Below are positions 11,701-20,363 of a stretch of 48,754 nucleotides of DNA, piece by piece; the first letter of the stretch is position 1, and the number at the start of each line of letters is the position of its first letter. The position numbers were made by a program, and so were the translations under genes. Under the pieces are notes generated by a model. That model saw only the letters and a program-made list of their open reading frames with translations, had not been told where the DNA came from and ran no database searches. The DNA lies in contig JAUCBJ010006231.1 in NCBI GenBank assembly GCA_032718475.1, forward strand, positions 1 to 48,754, written 5' to 3'. Origin of the DNA: Nemertoderma westbladi. Lineage: Eukaryota; Animalia; Xenacoelomorpha.

Positions 11701-13141
11701 CCGCATAAGCTTGTAGTGGTTGCGGTTGAGCGGGCCGTTTCTCCAATGTCTCGAGCGCTTCATGCGCGTTTTGACCGATGAGTATTTGCACTCCAGGGTA
11801 ATCAGTGTTGAATCTAGGTATTTCCAGCTGCTGGGTGAAATCGTCCTCATCCCAGTTATAAGGTTCCACTTGTGTGGTAGCGAAGTTCTTTATCGCCACC
11901 ATTTTTACTGACCTTATACTATGTTCTCCTAGTTCATCCTGGGGGGTGGATAACGCACCTACATAATAATCCGCTATTACTGTAGATTTCCAAACTTGCA
12001 TAATTCCTGACATGTTTAGCTTAGTTCGGAACTTGGGTTGTCCAGCAAAGATGTCTTCGGCTAGTTCTTTGTCGATGAATGTTCCTGTACTACCAGAGTC
12101 AAGGAGGGCGTTCACTACATAACTCCTTTTATGTCCGTGGACCCTTACCTGTACTACAGGAAATTCTCGGATTCCTACATTGGAAGGTGGCGCTTTCCAA
12201 GATGGTTGTCGATCAGAAGTAGTTAGGGTGAGGTCGCTGTCTGTGTCTTTTTCATACGTAAGTGCTCGATACACTGCGGTATTTATCATGTAACAGGATT
12301 CACCTTCGTCTGAGAATTCATCTATATAGAATCCTTCCATCTCAGAACTTTGGTCAGTGTCGTTCACATCACTGAATTGGACATGTAGTTCGGAATCACT
12401 TACCTGACTCTGGCTGTTTCGCTCGAATTCAGTGTGCAACAAGATATGATGTTTCGCACCGCACTTTGCACACCTTGTGTCGGAGTAACAGGTTCGCCGT
12501 TGGTGTCCTTGTCTGAGGCAATTATAACACAACCACTTATCCCACATGACTTCCCGTCTCTCCGCTAATGATTTCTTCAGGAATTCATCACACATATTCA
12601 AACGGTGGGTCCCGTCACATAGCGCACATTTCGGTTTGATGTTACTTACCTTATTTTGAATAACATTGTGCACACTCGTTCTTTCTTCGGGCTTTCTCAC
12701 CTGAATTCTCTTAGGAGACGTAGGAGGAGTTTTTCTTACCTGTTCTCTCCTGTCATTGGTTCGAGACTTGAGTTTACTTACCTGTTCTTTAGGCATTTTA
12801 TTGACATAATAAGATCTTTCAGTGTCTTTCCCGCTATCCTCCCCTTGAGAAGTCTGGCTTTCGCCGTCGTCGGTATAACACACTGGTGTTACCTTTCTCC
12901 TAGAAACGGGTTTCTCACTTACCTTGTTTTCCGGTGTCTTCTCTCTGGACTGTTTTAGGAGCTGTAATTTCACTTCTCCATCTAAGAATGACATGAGATC
13001 AGCCATGGTAGGGTCTCGTCGTTGTTGTTCCATCATATATAACACTTTCTTATCCCAGCGTGTACCTACTCCACCCTTCGGTAAAGTAGAAGCCACGGCT
13101 CCAATGACCATAGAACTCTGATATTCATGACTACCTACCAT
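8792..13141 (-). CDS. pol: Gag C-terminus (3 zinc knuckles), aspartic protease, RT, RNase H and integrase zinc finger of element G
   Basis: CALCDGTHRLNMC, CYNCLRQGHQRRTC, CAKCGAKHHILLH, LLDSGS, YMDD, VFGDAS, PRAEL, NPADIASRG, HSKLYH...CIPC. Confidence 0.96.
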   Translation of the reverse strand: MVGSHEYQSSMVIGAVASTLPKGGVGTRWDKKVLYMMEQQRRDPTMADLMSFLDGEVKLQLLKQSREKTPENKVSEKPVSRRKVTPVCYTDDGESQTSQGEDSGKDTERSYYVNKMPKEQVSKLKSRTNDRREQVRKTPPTSPKRIQVRKPEERTSVHNVIQNKVSNIKPKCALCDGTHRLNMCDEFLKKSLAERREVMWDKWLCYNCLRQGHQRRTCYSDTRCAKCGAKHHILLHTEFERNSQSQVSDSELHVQFSDVNDTDQSSEMEGFYIDEFSDEGESCYMINTAVYRALTYEKDTDSDLTLTTSDRQPSWKAPPSNVGIREFPVVQVRVHGHKRSYVVNALLDSGSTGTFIDKELAEDIFAGQPKFRTKLNMSGIMQVWKSTVIADYYVGALSTPQDELGEHSIRSVKMVAIKNFATTQVEPYNWDEDDFTQQLEIPRFNTDYPGVQILIGQNAHEALETLEKRPAQPQPLQAYAGRTRVGWYFTGPSRRTLMERLPKDQVYQVREWEVEGSELDDPTEGTPYSSDNDDVHQLFDKENTIDLLKENETWQNQVNLCQLLLPSERDDYNEELNDVIERYNAKTRDEHAVRFFTQEAVEPNSYDKALSVEEERAKQIQETTTRFLKDQGRYEIGLPFRKREPNFVNNRPLAEKRIAQLHRRLTANSSAKEMYQTQLKKFISKGYAELVPKETPITERTYYLTHHYVPKPGKPHEVRVLFDGSALYMGQSLNSELLPGPNLLQSLLGILLRLRQYSIAFASDIEGMFLQVKALDRDRDSLRFLWWPEGHLNQKPVEYWMTIQAFGIISSPSNACSVVRTTADDNRDAFSKEVIDNIKLDIYMDDNLKSLPSVEEAIDVAKGTVECLKRGGFRLTKFTSNSREFLESIPVEDRGAKDLDLIKDDLPETKTLGLKWDTERDILFFQLKQRDNPVRTKWICLSILSTYFDPLGFISPVILIARSLVQQMWLENHSWDDPLKGELLKMWMKWEDSLPAIENFIISRSYFGHVLPTYSYQLHVFGDASDVGIGIVAYLRVETPDGIKVALVTSKALINNKLKVPRAELKAALYATAIGRNVTEQIDYPLEKTVYWTNALLVLEYITNEVCQFSVFVTNRVAIILSRTTMDQWRHCPGTINPADIASRGATPQELVDTPDWLGGPDFLYKEEEEWPPHLTTTEIRQAKGAEKVKPKTRASKSKLFKPTVDLSVLHTSGDDALDQKPTATNKLVVEIREKDWKSGIPDVSQGLSPLLQRAIHHYSSWNRLCKAVTYLKRCFHHHYSGMKTKSDIAPITSVQVHVIKDLPKYKISDRFLKEKISYQEHEETNKQMLRLLQCYEDSDKYFLLLRNPQMRLRDRFSSTMIDGLIRVGGRLTNAPLSFDTKFPILIRNLEIQVKMIVDVHSKLYHAGRERVLSEIRTRYYFYKPRRALNQVLRNCIPCRKAFSRPLTQ

Positions 13142-13173
13142 AACCTAACCTAACCTAACCTAACGATACTTAC
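13135..13173 (-). other. 39-nt in-frame insert with (TTAGG)4 and GT-AG ends separating the gag and pol ORFs
   Basis: Minus strand TGG TTA G|GTAAGTATCGTTAGGTTAGGTTAGGTTAGGTTATGGTAG|GT AGT CAT; removing it gives the open frame WLGSHEY. Confidence 0.8.
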
Positions 13174-15958
13174 CTAACCAATCTAATTGTCTACAGATCT
13201 CTTGAATCTCATCGGAAAACTCTATTATCCCGCTGCTAATGAACTTTCGGGGCGCTACTAATTTTGCATACAAATATTTAGCTATGTTATTCCTATTACC
13301 ATACCTGATGTTTAGTGTATCCCAAACTTGTCTTAATCCGTCTGGATGTCCAATAAACTTTAACGCCATTAACTTGGGAGATCCTTCCAAGCACTCGATG
13401 AGGAATCTAAGTTTCTCTCCATTAGATAGTACAGAGTTCTGTATGTTATCTTTATAATATTCATTAAAAGGTAACCATTTCATCTCATCTCCATTGAACT
13501 TGACTATCTCTCCCACCTTTACCGCTTGGCGGGCTTCGGTTCTAGCCATTTGATGCGTAAAACTTTCTTGGGCCATCGTGTTATTTAATATCGAGTTATC
13601 GGTATATAAATTTCTCGGATTATGATCAGGTCTATAGGGAATATCATTATCAACAGGTCTATAATTACCCTTAATAGGGTTCACTATAGGAGTTTCTACT
13701 TCGCTAGCCGTATATATGCGTGTAGGCTCCACACCTTGCGCATGAGATACTTCAGACCTAACAGGTTGACACATTGTTACAGGGGGTGGTGGTATACCTC
13801 TTTGTGTATTTACTAATTTATCGCGTTCTAACGCGATACTTTGCTGCACTTCTTGCAACTCTAACCTACTTTCCCTTACTGTGCCCTTGAATTGCTGAAC
13901 AGTCTCCTGCATCTGCCCGAGCAGGAGATCCATCCCCCGTCGTCTCTCATCCACCCACTCGACCGCCGAAGCGGGAGCCGCCAATGTTGTAGCGGGCGGA
14001 CGAGGGACAACGGGCGACAAATCATTAATTTTTCGCTCGGAGTCAGGGACATGAACATTTTCAGGGGTGGTTCTGTGGGGCACAGGTAGCTTAGTGCTGT
14101 GCAGAGGGAATTTAGAGGTAGGTTCTGGGAGCACAGGTGTCTCTATCACCGAAGGGGTGATTTCAAGAACAGGCCTAATTATTTCAGGCTCATCTACTAT
14201 AGTAGGGAGTCTTTCTATTTTAATTATTTGGTCTGTGGGTTCTGCACTACCTAAGTCTGTGTTAGTTAGTTGCCTTCTAACAGCTGGGGGCAAATCAGGC
14301 AATTTGTGACGGTGAGATGTTCTTCTACACCTACTTAGACGAGATCTATTTCCTCCGCCTTCAGGATCGGTGGTATCGCCTTCCTCAGATGATGTATAAC
14401 CTTGTCTTTTGGGAGTAGATCGATTCATCATCTGCATATTACTAGCTGTTAACTGTTTATTGAAGTTGTCTTGCCTCTCTTGAAGATTTTCCAACTCTAG
14501 TTGGGTTGTCTCTTCAGATGCCCTCCGTTCTGCTTCTGCCACTGCCTCTGCAGCTGCCAATGCCGCTTTTCTTTCCGCTTCGGCCGCTGCCACTGCCGCT
14601 TTTCTTTCCGCTTCTGCTTCTGCCGCTGCCGCTGCCACTTTTCTTTCCGCTTCTGCCTCTGCCGCTGCCGCTGCTGCTTTTCTTTCCGCTTCTGCTTCTG
14701 CCGCTGCCGTTGCCGCTGCCGCTTTTCTTTCCACTTCTGCCGCTGCCACTGCTGCTGCCACTGCCGCTGTCTTTCTGTCTTCTATACGTTTTTTCTTTAC
14801 TTGTTCTTCTTGAACCTTAGCGATGCGGATGCTTTCATTGAATTTGGCTTGGTTCGCAACTAACCTATCCACATCGATTGCATCCAACACAAGCTTGGCT
14901 CCTTCACTATTAGGGCTAAGTCCATCCAGCCGTCTCCTCAACTCTTCGTCACCTACAAAGCGTTGATAGTCTGACAGATAGATGTCAATAGCATCCCTCT
15001 TATGCGGTTTCTCTGCTGTCGCTTCACTTTCCACTTGGGAAAATGTGGCGTCTGTTGATTCTCCAAGGGTTGAGCGCTCATCTAACTGAGATTTCCACGG
15101 GGCAGTTCTTTGAACTTGGAGACTCACCCGTTGAAACCAAGTCTTTACGGCAACTTGCAACGACGTGTCTTGTCTTCTTTTAGAAGCCTCCTCAAAGGCC
15201 GATAAGAGTAGCCTGATTCGTAGGATTCTTTCTCTAACTTGATAAAGCAGCTGTCCCTGCTCTTGAGGTCCTTGGGGTTGTTGAAACAGTTGTTCTTTTA
15301 ATCGCTCCATAGAGCTGAAGAATCCCTGTACGTATCCTGCTGCTGACCTCTTCCACACAGCTGGATCGATGGTTTCCTTGGTTACTCCCATCCTGTGTAT
15401 GTCTTCCCAGGCAGCTTCTGATAAATCAAACGGGAGTCCGGGTCCGGGGAAGTTCCATTGCGACTCGACAATAGACTTCAGTTCTTCCCTTGTGTATCCC
15501 GCATAACTATCTTTAGTCGATCGCTTATTTCTCGCCCAATCGATCTGGTGTTCTTCCACCGCAATCAATAACCTAGTGAGTACGGCTGCAGGAAGGATGA
15601 GAAGGGGATCCGAATAAACCGCATCCGTCATCTTTGCTCCGCGCTCGGGTGTCAGCTCTACAGTATCCTCACTACTGGAGCTGTCGGGCCGTTGAGAAAT
15701 AAGTTCTTGGCTCGCGGGTTGTTGCTGTTCCGCTGCTTCTTGGTCCCGCTTGACCTGAGCTCGAGTGCCTATGATAGACCTACGATGTTGGACTAGCCTA
15801 GGGTCTGATATTACTACGGGAGGGATGATCTTTCTTACAGTAGGAGGTGAGTTGAACTTCGGTCCTACACGTTCCACACTCCTGTCTGGGTCACATATGG
15901 TTGTATCTAGGAGACTGTCTGACAGGTTTTGCTTTGTGTTTTGTGCTTTGTTTGTCAC
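13160..15958 (-). CDS. gag: Gag N-terminal region of element G (coiled coil, Pro-rich region, Pao gag core)
   Basis: 932-aa ORF; KFNGDEMKWLPF...EKLRFLIECLEG...WDTLNIRYGN is the DUF1759-type Pao gag core. The annotated start is GTG; the first ATG is about 110 codons in. Confidence 0.9.
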   Translation of the reverse strand: MTNKAQNTKQNLSDSLLDTTICDPDRSVERVGPKFNSPPTVRKIIPPVVISDPRLVQHRRSIIGTRAQVKRDQEAAEQQQPASQELISQRPDSSSSEDTVELTPERGAKMTDAVYSDPLLILPAAVLTRLLIAVEEHQIDWARNKRSTKDSYAGYTREELKSIVESQWNFPGPGLPFDLSEAAWEDIHRMGVTKETIDPAVWKRSAAGYVQGFFSSMERLKEQLFQQPQGPQEQGQLLYQVRERILRIRLLLSAFEEASKRRQDTSLQVAVKTWFQRVSLQVQRTAPWKSQLDERSTLGESTDATFSQVESEATAEKPHKRDAIDIYLSDYQRFVGDEELRRRLDGLSPNSEGAKLVLDAIDVDRLVANQAKFNESIRIAKVQEEQVKKKRIEDRKTAAVAAAVAAAEVERKAAAATAAAEAEAERKAAAAAAEAEAERKVAAAAAEAEAERKAAVAAAEAERKAALAAAEAVAEAERRASEETTQLELENLQERQDNFNKQLTASNMQMMNRSTPKRQGYTSSEEGDTTDPEGGGNRSRLSRCRRTSHRHKLPDLPPAVRRQLTNTDLGSAEPTDQIIKIERLPTIVDEPEIIRPVLEITPSVIETPVLPEPTSKFPLHSTKLPVPHRTTPENVHVPDSERKINDLSPVVPRPPATTLAAPASAVEWVDERRRGMDLLLGQMQETVQQFKGTVRESRLELQEVQQSIALERDKLVNTQRGIPPPPVTMCQPVRSEVSHAQGVEPTRIYTASEVETPIVNPIKGNYRPVDNDIPYRPDHNPRNLYTDNSILNNTMAQESFTHQMARTEARQAVKVGEIVKFNGDEMKWLPFNEYYKDNIQNSVLSNGEKLRFLIECLEGSPKLMALKFIGHPDGLRQVWDTLNIRYGNRNNIAKYLYAKLVAPRKFISSGIIEFSDEIQEICRQLDWLGKYR
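14520..14770 (-). repeat. 33-bp-based tandem repeat encoding EAERKAAAAAA units in gag
   Basis: Repeated TTTCTTTCCGCTTCTGCTTCTGCCGCTGCC on the + strand. Confidence 0.9.
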
Positions 15959-16275
15959 AGAATACCGGTAGGTAATTTCAGCACAAATATATATAAATAT
16001 ATAATAGGCCTATCGTGAATACCGGTATGCAGCTTACACTTATAGTATATATAAGTATAATTATGAACTAGAATTAATTACAGAATACCGGTATAATTTC
16101 AGCCTAAATTTATAAATATATAATAGGCCTATCTTGAATACCGGTATACAGCTTACACTTATAATGTATATATATAAGTATAATTACAGACTAGAATTAA
16201 TTACAGAATACCGGTATAATTTCAGCCTAAAATTTATAGACATAAATATAATAAGCCTATTGTAAATACCGGTAT
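15957..16275. repeat. ~123-bp tandem repeat (about 2.6 copies) in the 5' leader of G
   Basis: ACAGAATACCGGTA...AATTTCAGC starts at 15957, 16080 and 16203; AATACCGGTA occurs twice per unit. Confidence 0.88.
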
Positions 16276-17223
16276 GTCAATTATTTGTGAATAATTGAAT
16301 TTCTGAATTTTAAGGGTTACTTGGTTACTTTAACTTACTTTATTACCGTTATTTACGCAGTAGTCCAACTGATATTTAGACCTAATTGATGTATGGCAGG
16401 CCTACTATTTATAAATCGTTTGAGTTGATTTATAATATATATACCCGTTAAAATGGGTTTTTGTCAATATTTGAAATAAATGTTATTATTTCTGGGGGAA
16501 GTCACTACACAGAAGCTGTGCGCTCTCAGTGAAGTGCTACTTGTTGGACACTAAAACAAATAATTCTAATTTACCTAAGTTACTTAATACTACAAATTAC
16601 ATACAATTCGGGTGAGATTATAATCTCTAAATAAACACAAAAATTACAAGTACGAATTTTTAGGGTAATTTTACAAGAAGTCTACAAACCAGCCTAACAA
16701 AGGGTTAGATTATCTGGTTATTACAAAGGACAGGGTACTACGGTATTTGAAAATAATAAGTAGTAGTAAATATACTGCGTTGTCCAGATAGGAAAATACC
16801 ACCGTCTGACGACTTATAGCCGTATCGCTATAAGTACTACGTTATGTATCATAGAGTGTTCCTACCCAGGAGTTAATTACCGCGGTCTACCAGAACCAAT
16901 GTGCCTATTAACCACTTTACAACACAAATATACTGCCTACACACTAATTACCTTCGGAAAGCACTGTACACTAAACCCTAAATTAGGTACAAGTACTTAT
17001 ACAACAAATAATCAGTAGTTAAAAATACTTGAAGCTAAAAGAACCACGGTATCTGCTGGAGTAACCGGGGCACAAAATCACCAGTCTTTACCTACGCCAA
17101 GCAGCCCTGATGTAGTACCGGGGTTAGTTTAACTATAACAGTATATATAACAAGCACAATTACTGTAGGAGTTAACTTGGGGATATGAATGTTGCGAATA
17201 ATCGCATAAACTCTGAATAATAA

Positions 17224-17790
17224 ATATTACGCTACGCGTACAGACTACTCAAACAAAATGCAGACCAAACACTGACGGACTACTATCAGGCCCAAACAAA
17301 CTACGGTATATGCAGACTCCGAAATGGTTAGTTAGTATGCGTTCTAACCCAGTAGTACGACTTATTCTTTCGAGGGGGTTTACCTCACAGCTCTGGAGGC
17401 CCCTACGTTCCCAACTGGCACTTTATCGGACATACACTCTACACACACCGAAATCTCTCAAGACCTAACAACAGCCAGACAAAATCCAGCCTACAAATTA
17501 TCTAAGTAAGAAATATTACGCTACCCGTACAAACTACACAAACAAAGTACCGACCAAACGCTGGCAGACTACTATCAAGCCTAAATAAACTACAGTATAT
17601 GCAGACTCCGAAATGGTTAGTTAGTATGCGTTCTAACCGAGTAGTACGACTTATTCTTTCGAGGGGGTTCACCTCACAGCACTGGCAGCCCCTACTTTCC
17701 TAACTAGTACTTTTTCGGACATATGCTCTACACACACTACAGTCCCCTCAGACTTAGCAACAGTCAGACAACAGTCTAGCCTACAAATTG
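17224..17790. repeat. 289-bp tandem duplication in the 5' leader of G
   Basis: AATATTACGCTAC...GCCTACAAATT occurs twice; 86-nt cores at 17306-17391 and 17595-17680 differ at 2 positions. Confidence 0.9.
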
Positions 17791-18061
17791 TCTGTACAAT
17801 CTGAGCAGGCTTACACGCCTTCTGCTCAATATTGGCCTACAAATAAATAAAACTTGACAGAAATAAGTAAAATCTCAATAAAAAACCAGGGCGGGCCCTC
17901 CCTGATTCAATATTAAGGCCTACCGGTATATAATTATCAAATCGAATAATACTGCTGTACCTGTACTGCTGTAGGTACCGGTCCGGGTGGTTAGGTAGTC
18001 AGGCCTACTAGGTACCGGTTGTCCGGTACTTCAGCTTTATTGCCTACTGCAATACAGAAGC

Positions 18062-18073
18062 TATATCTGTTAT
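18062..18073 (-). promoter_or_regulatory. PBS position of element G: non-tRNA type, complementary to its own LTR
   Basis: Minus strand ATAACAGATATA directly follows the LTR end; it complements TATATCTGTTAT at 18820-18809 (minus). Confidence 0.75.
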
Positions 18074-19255
18074 TGTTCGCGCTTTCAGACCTTTAGCAGT
18101 TTAACCTGCCAAATTGGGATGTCTTCTAGATAATAGATCGTCTTTAGCCTATGACAAGTATTTGATACACTACATTAGCCGAAGCCAGTCTATGCGCGAT
18201 CATTCACCCGCTGGATATACCCGGGAGACTGGATTCGGAAGCCTAACCGTATTGCGGGGTAGGCCTACTGTATTATTCGACTGATCGTAATATATATAAT
18301 CTCTGACAAATACTATTCACTTTCGGGAAATATTAACAGTTCCTTTAGGACGTGGCGGTTTAAATATATAAACAGAGTTATGACTTAAACTAGACACAAC
18401 GGGATGGCTATAGATTCACGTATATGGCGCATTCTTTAGGAGATGCTTTGTCATCAATCACAATCATACACAATACTGCACAATGCTGCACACTAATCTG
18501 CCGACCTTCACTAATTTTAGTCACATATAAGGAGAACAACAGACAATACGTGTAGGGCCTATAAAATAGCATTAGATTCACTTCAAACCACTTAATGTAA
18601 GTCGCAATCGTTATATGTATCTGGTCTCTCTAACCTTTAGTATATCAAGAAGATTGGGGTGTCTGGTTATTTATCAGTATTCCAAATATAATATTCCATC
18701 AACAAATATAATGAATAACCGACAGTAAATAGCAGTACAAAGTTTAAGGTATGAATGGTTATGAATGCAGAATTGGTATGAGATATGTTAAGTGAGTGAG
18801 TGAGTGAGATAACAGATATACGTTCTATAATTAAGCCTACTAATGTTGAGCTAAAGACTGAAACACGGAGGTTCCAAAGCCGATGTTGTAGGCTGTGGAC
18901 AAAATCACATACTGACTCAACTCCACGAGTTTCTATATACCATCTCCAACACAGAGGCAAAAAACGCTCTGATTGGTCGACCGAACAAAGAAGGAACAGA
19001 GAACAAAGAACAAGCTCCACGTGTACAGCATCAGCTGTTAGCCGTCGTCATGGTAGCTACACTGTTTCAAGAGGATCCGGCGTATTGCGTCATAGAATTG
19101 CTAATTATGTCCGTTAAAGTACACATACAGAAGAAATGGCTTTTATGTCCTCTAAAACACCAGTACAGTAAGGACACGGCCTTTTATGCCTGTTAAACCA
19201 ACTACAGAGTACTTTACGGGGAAAATAACCGGCCAATTCCGCAAAAGCCTTTACA
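18074..19255 (-). repeat. 5' LTR of element G (1182 bp)
   Basis: Minus strand TGTAAAGG...CGCGAACA; direct repeat of 3323-4494. Confidence 0.97.
18911..18976 (-). promoter_or_regulatory. Putative LTR promoter of G (CCAAT, TATA-like, Inr)
   Basis: Minus strand CCAAT 18976-18972, TATATAG 18939-18933, TCAGT 18915-18911; a second TCAGT lies near 18859. Confidence 0.5.
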
Positions 19256-19260
19256 GCTGT

Positions 19261-20363
19261 GAAGTTTAAATAACAGCAGTAAGTTCTCCTTGGCAACGTT
19301 GAATTTTGTATAGCAACAACGAGTTACCTTAGCAATGGGTAATTTCACAAGGTAGCAGCGAGTTTTCAAATAATTACCAAGTTTTCTACATCATCTGTGA
19401 GAGCCATATTTCTAAAACCAACAGCGAGGAGCTTACCAAACAGCAAATTGATAAATTATAATTATTGAGAAGCTCTAAATCAACGATGAGTCATACTTAT
19501 TAATGGCGAGTTCTCTAGTAATATCTAATTTACAATGCTTATGACGTATTTCTCAAAGTTCATCCTCATCAAGACCATTGTCGATGTAGCACATATTGCT
19601 GCAGGTGCAGATGCCTCTACATTCTTGGCATGCAGTCGAAGATTCCAAGCAATTTTGCGGCAAGAACATCGCAGAGAAGTGCACCCAGTAATAAATTTGC
19701 ATCTTATCATATTTAAATGTATCACAACCTAATAGAGCATATGAAAAATATATTTTCACAAACGATAGACCCAAGTAAATACCGAGTTAGAACAATATCC
19801 CAGCAACGACTTTGCTTTTGAGATGTCTTTATGGGTTCAGGCTTGAAATAAACCTTCTATCCTACATTATTACAATGGTATATGATTAACACTAGGATGT
19901 CAGTATCATCACCAATAACAACAGTATCATTATTTTCTGCTGAAGAAATAGCCATCTGGGCGGTAGTTACATCAGCATCAGCTTCAGCATAAATTATAGT
20001 GCATTCTATTTGTGTGAGGTTTTCCCCAAGCATTATGTATAAATGCATCTTTATTATGCTTACAGTATTAGAAAAAAATTATCCTTTCTTCATTTGTAAA
20101 TTCATGTTTCCTGCAAAATATATAGTAGTGATGCAGAAAACTTGGTAATTATTTGAAAACTCGCTGCTACGTTGTGAAATTACCCATTGCTAAGGTAACT
20201 CGTTGTTGCTATACAAAATTAAACGTTGCCAAGGAGAACTTACTGCTGTTATTTAAACTTCACAGCTAATTAAAAAATATGTTATCACTTTAAAAACGCG
20301 ATGTTGGTACTAAAAGACCCCGGTTGCTAAGAAAAACTTTGTTGGTAAATACATTAAGGCCAT
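19261..20363 (-). mobile_element. Internally deleted DNA transposon with ~230-bp TIRs and XPG/FEN1-like plus Cys-rich remnants (AcademX-like)
   Basis: Minus-strand EADAD...VVIGDDTDILVLIIYH, YALLGCDT and CTSLRCSCRK...TACQECRGICTCSN; TIR pairing 19261-19393 with 20128-20265. Confidence 0.75.

Larger units (their letters stand above)
3323..19255 (-). mobile_element. Giant full-length BEL/Pao LTR retrotransposon G (15,933 bp)
   Basis: Two ~1.18 kb LTRs with TG...CA ends, 5-bp TSD GCTGT (3318-3322 and 19256-19260), gag-PR-RT-RH-IN order with Pao-type motifs. Confidence 0.97.

Noticed and set aside
13141-13164. (TAACC)n as a chromosome end or telomeric array
   Set aside because: Only 4-5 units, lying inside a retrotransposon.
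10305-14863. Plus-strand ORFs over G (218 aa, Cys/Arg-rich and Leu/Pro-rich ORFs) and minus-strand ORFs over B
   Set aside because: Antisense shadows of gag-pol and of its Ala-rich repeat.
16806-16840. CTGACGA followed by a hairpin as a hammerhead ribozyme
   Set aside because: The stem is followed by TACTAC rather than GAAA, so the catalytic core is incomplete.
17355-17392. Minus-strand CTGTGAGG...CCTCGAAA...GTC as a hammerhead ribozyme
   Set aside because: Lacks the conserved A of CUGANGA, and stem III cannot form (GAAAG opposite GUC).
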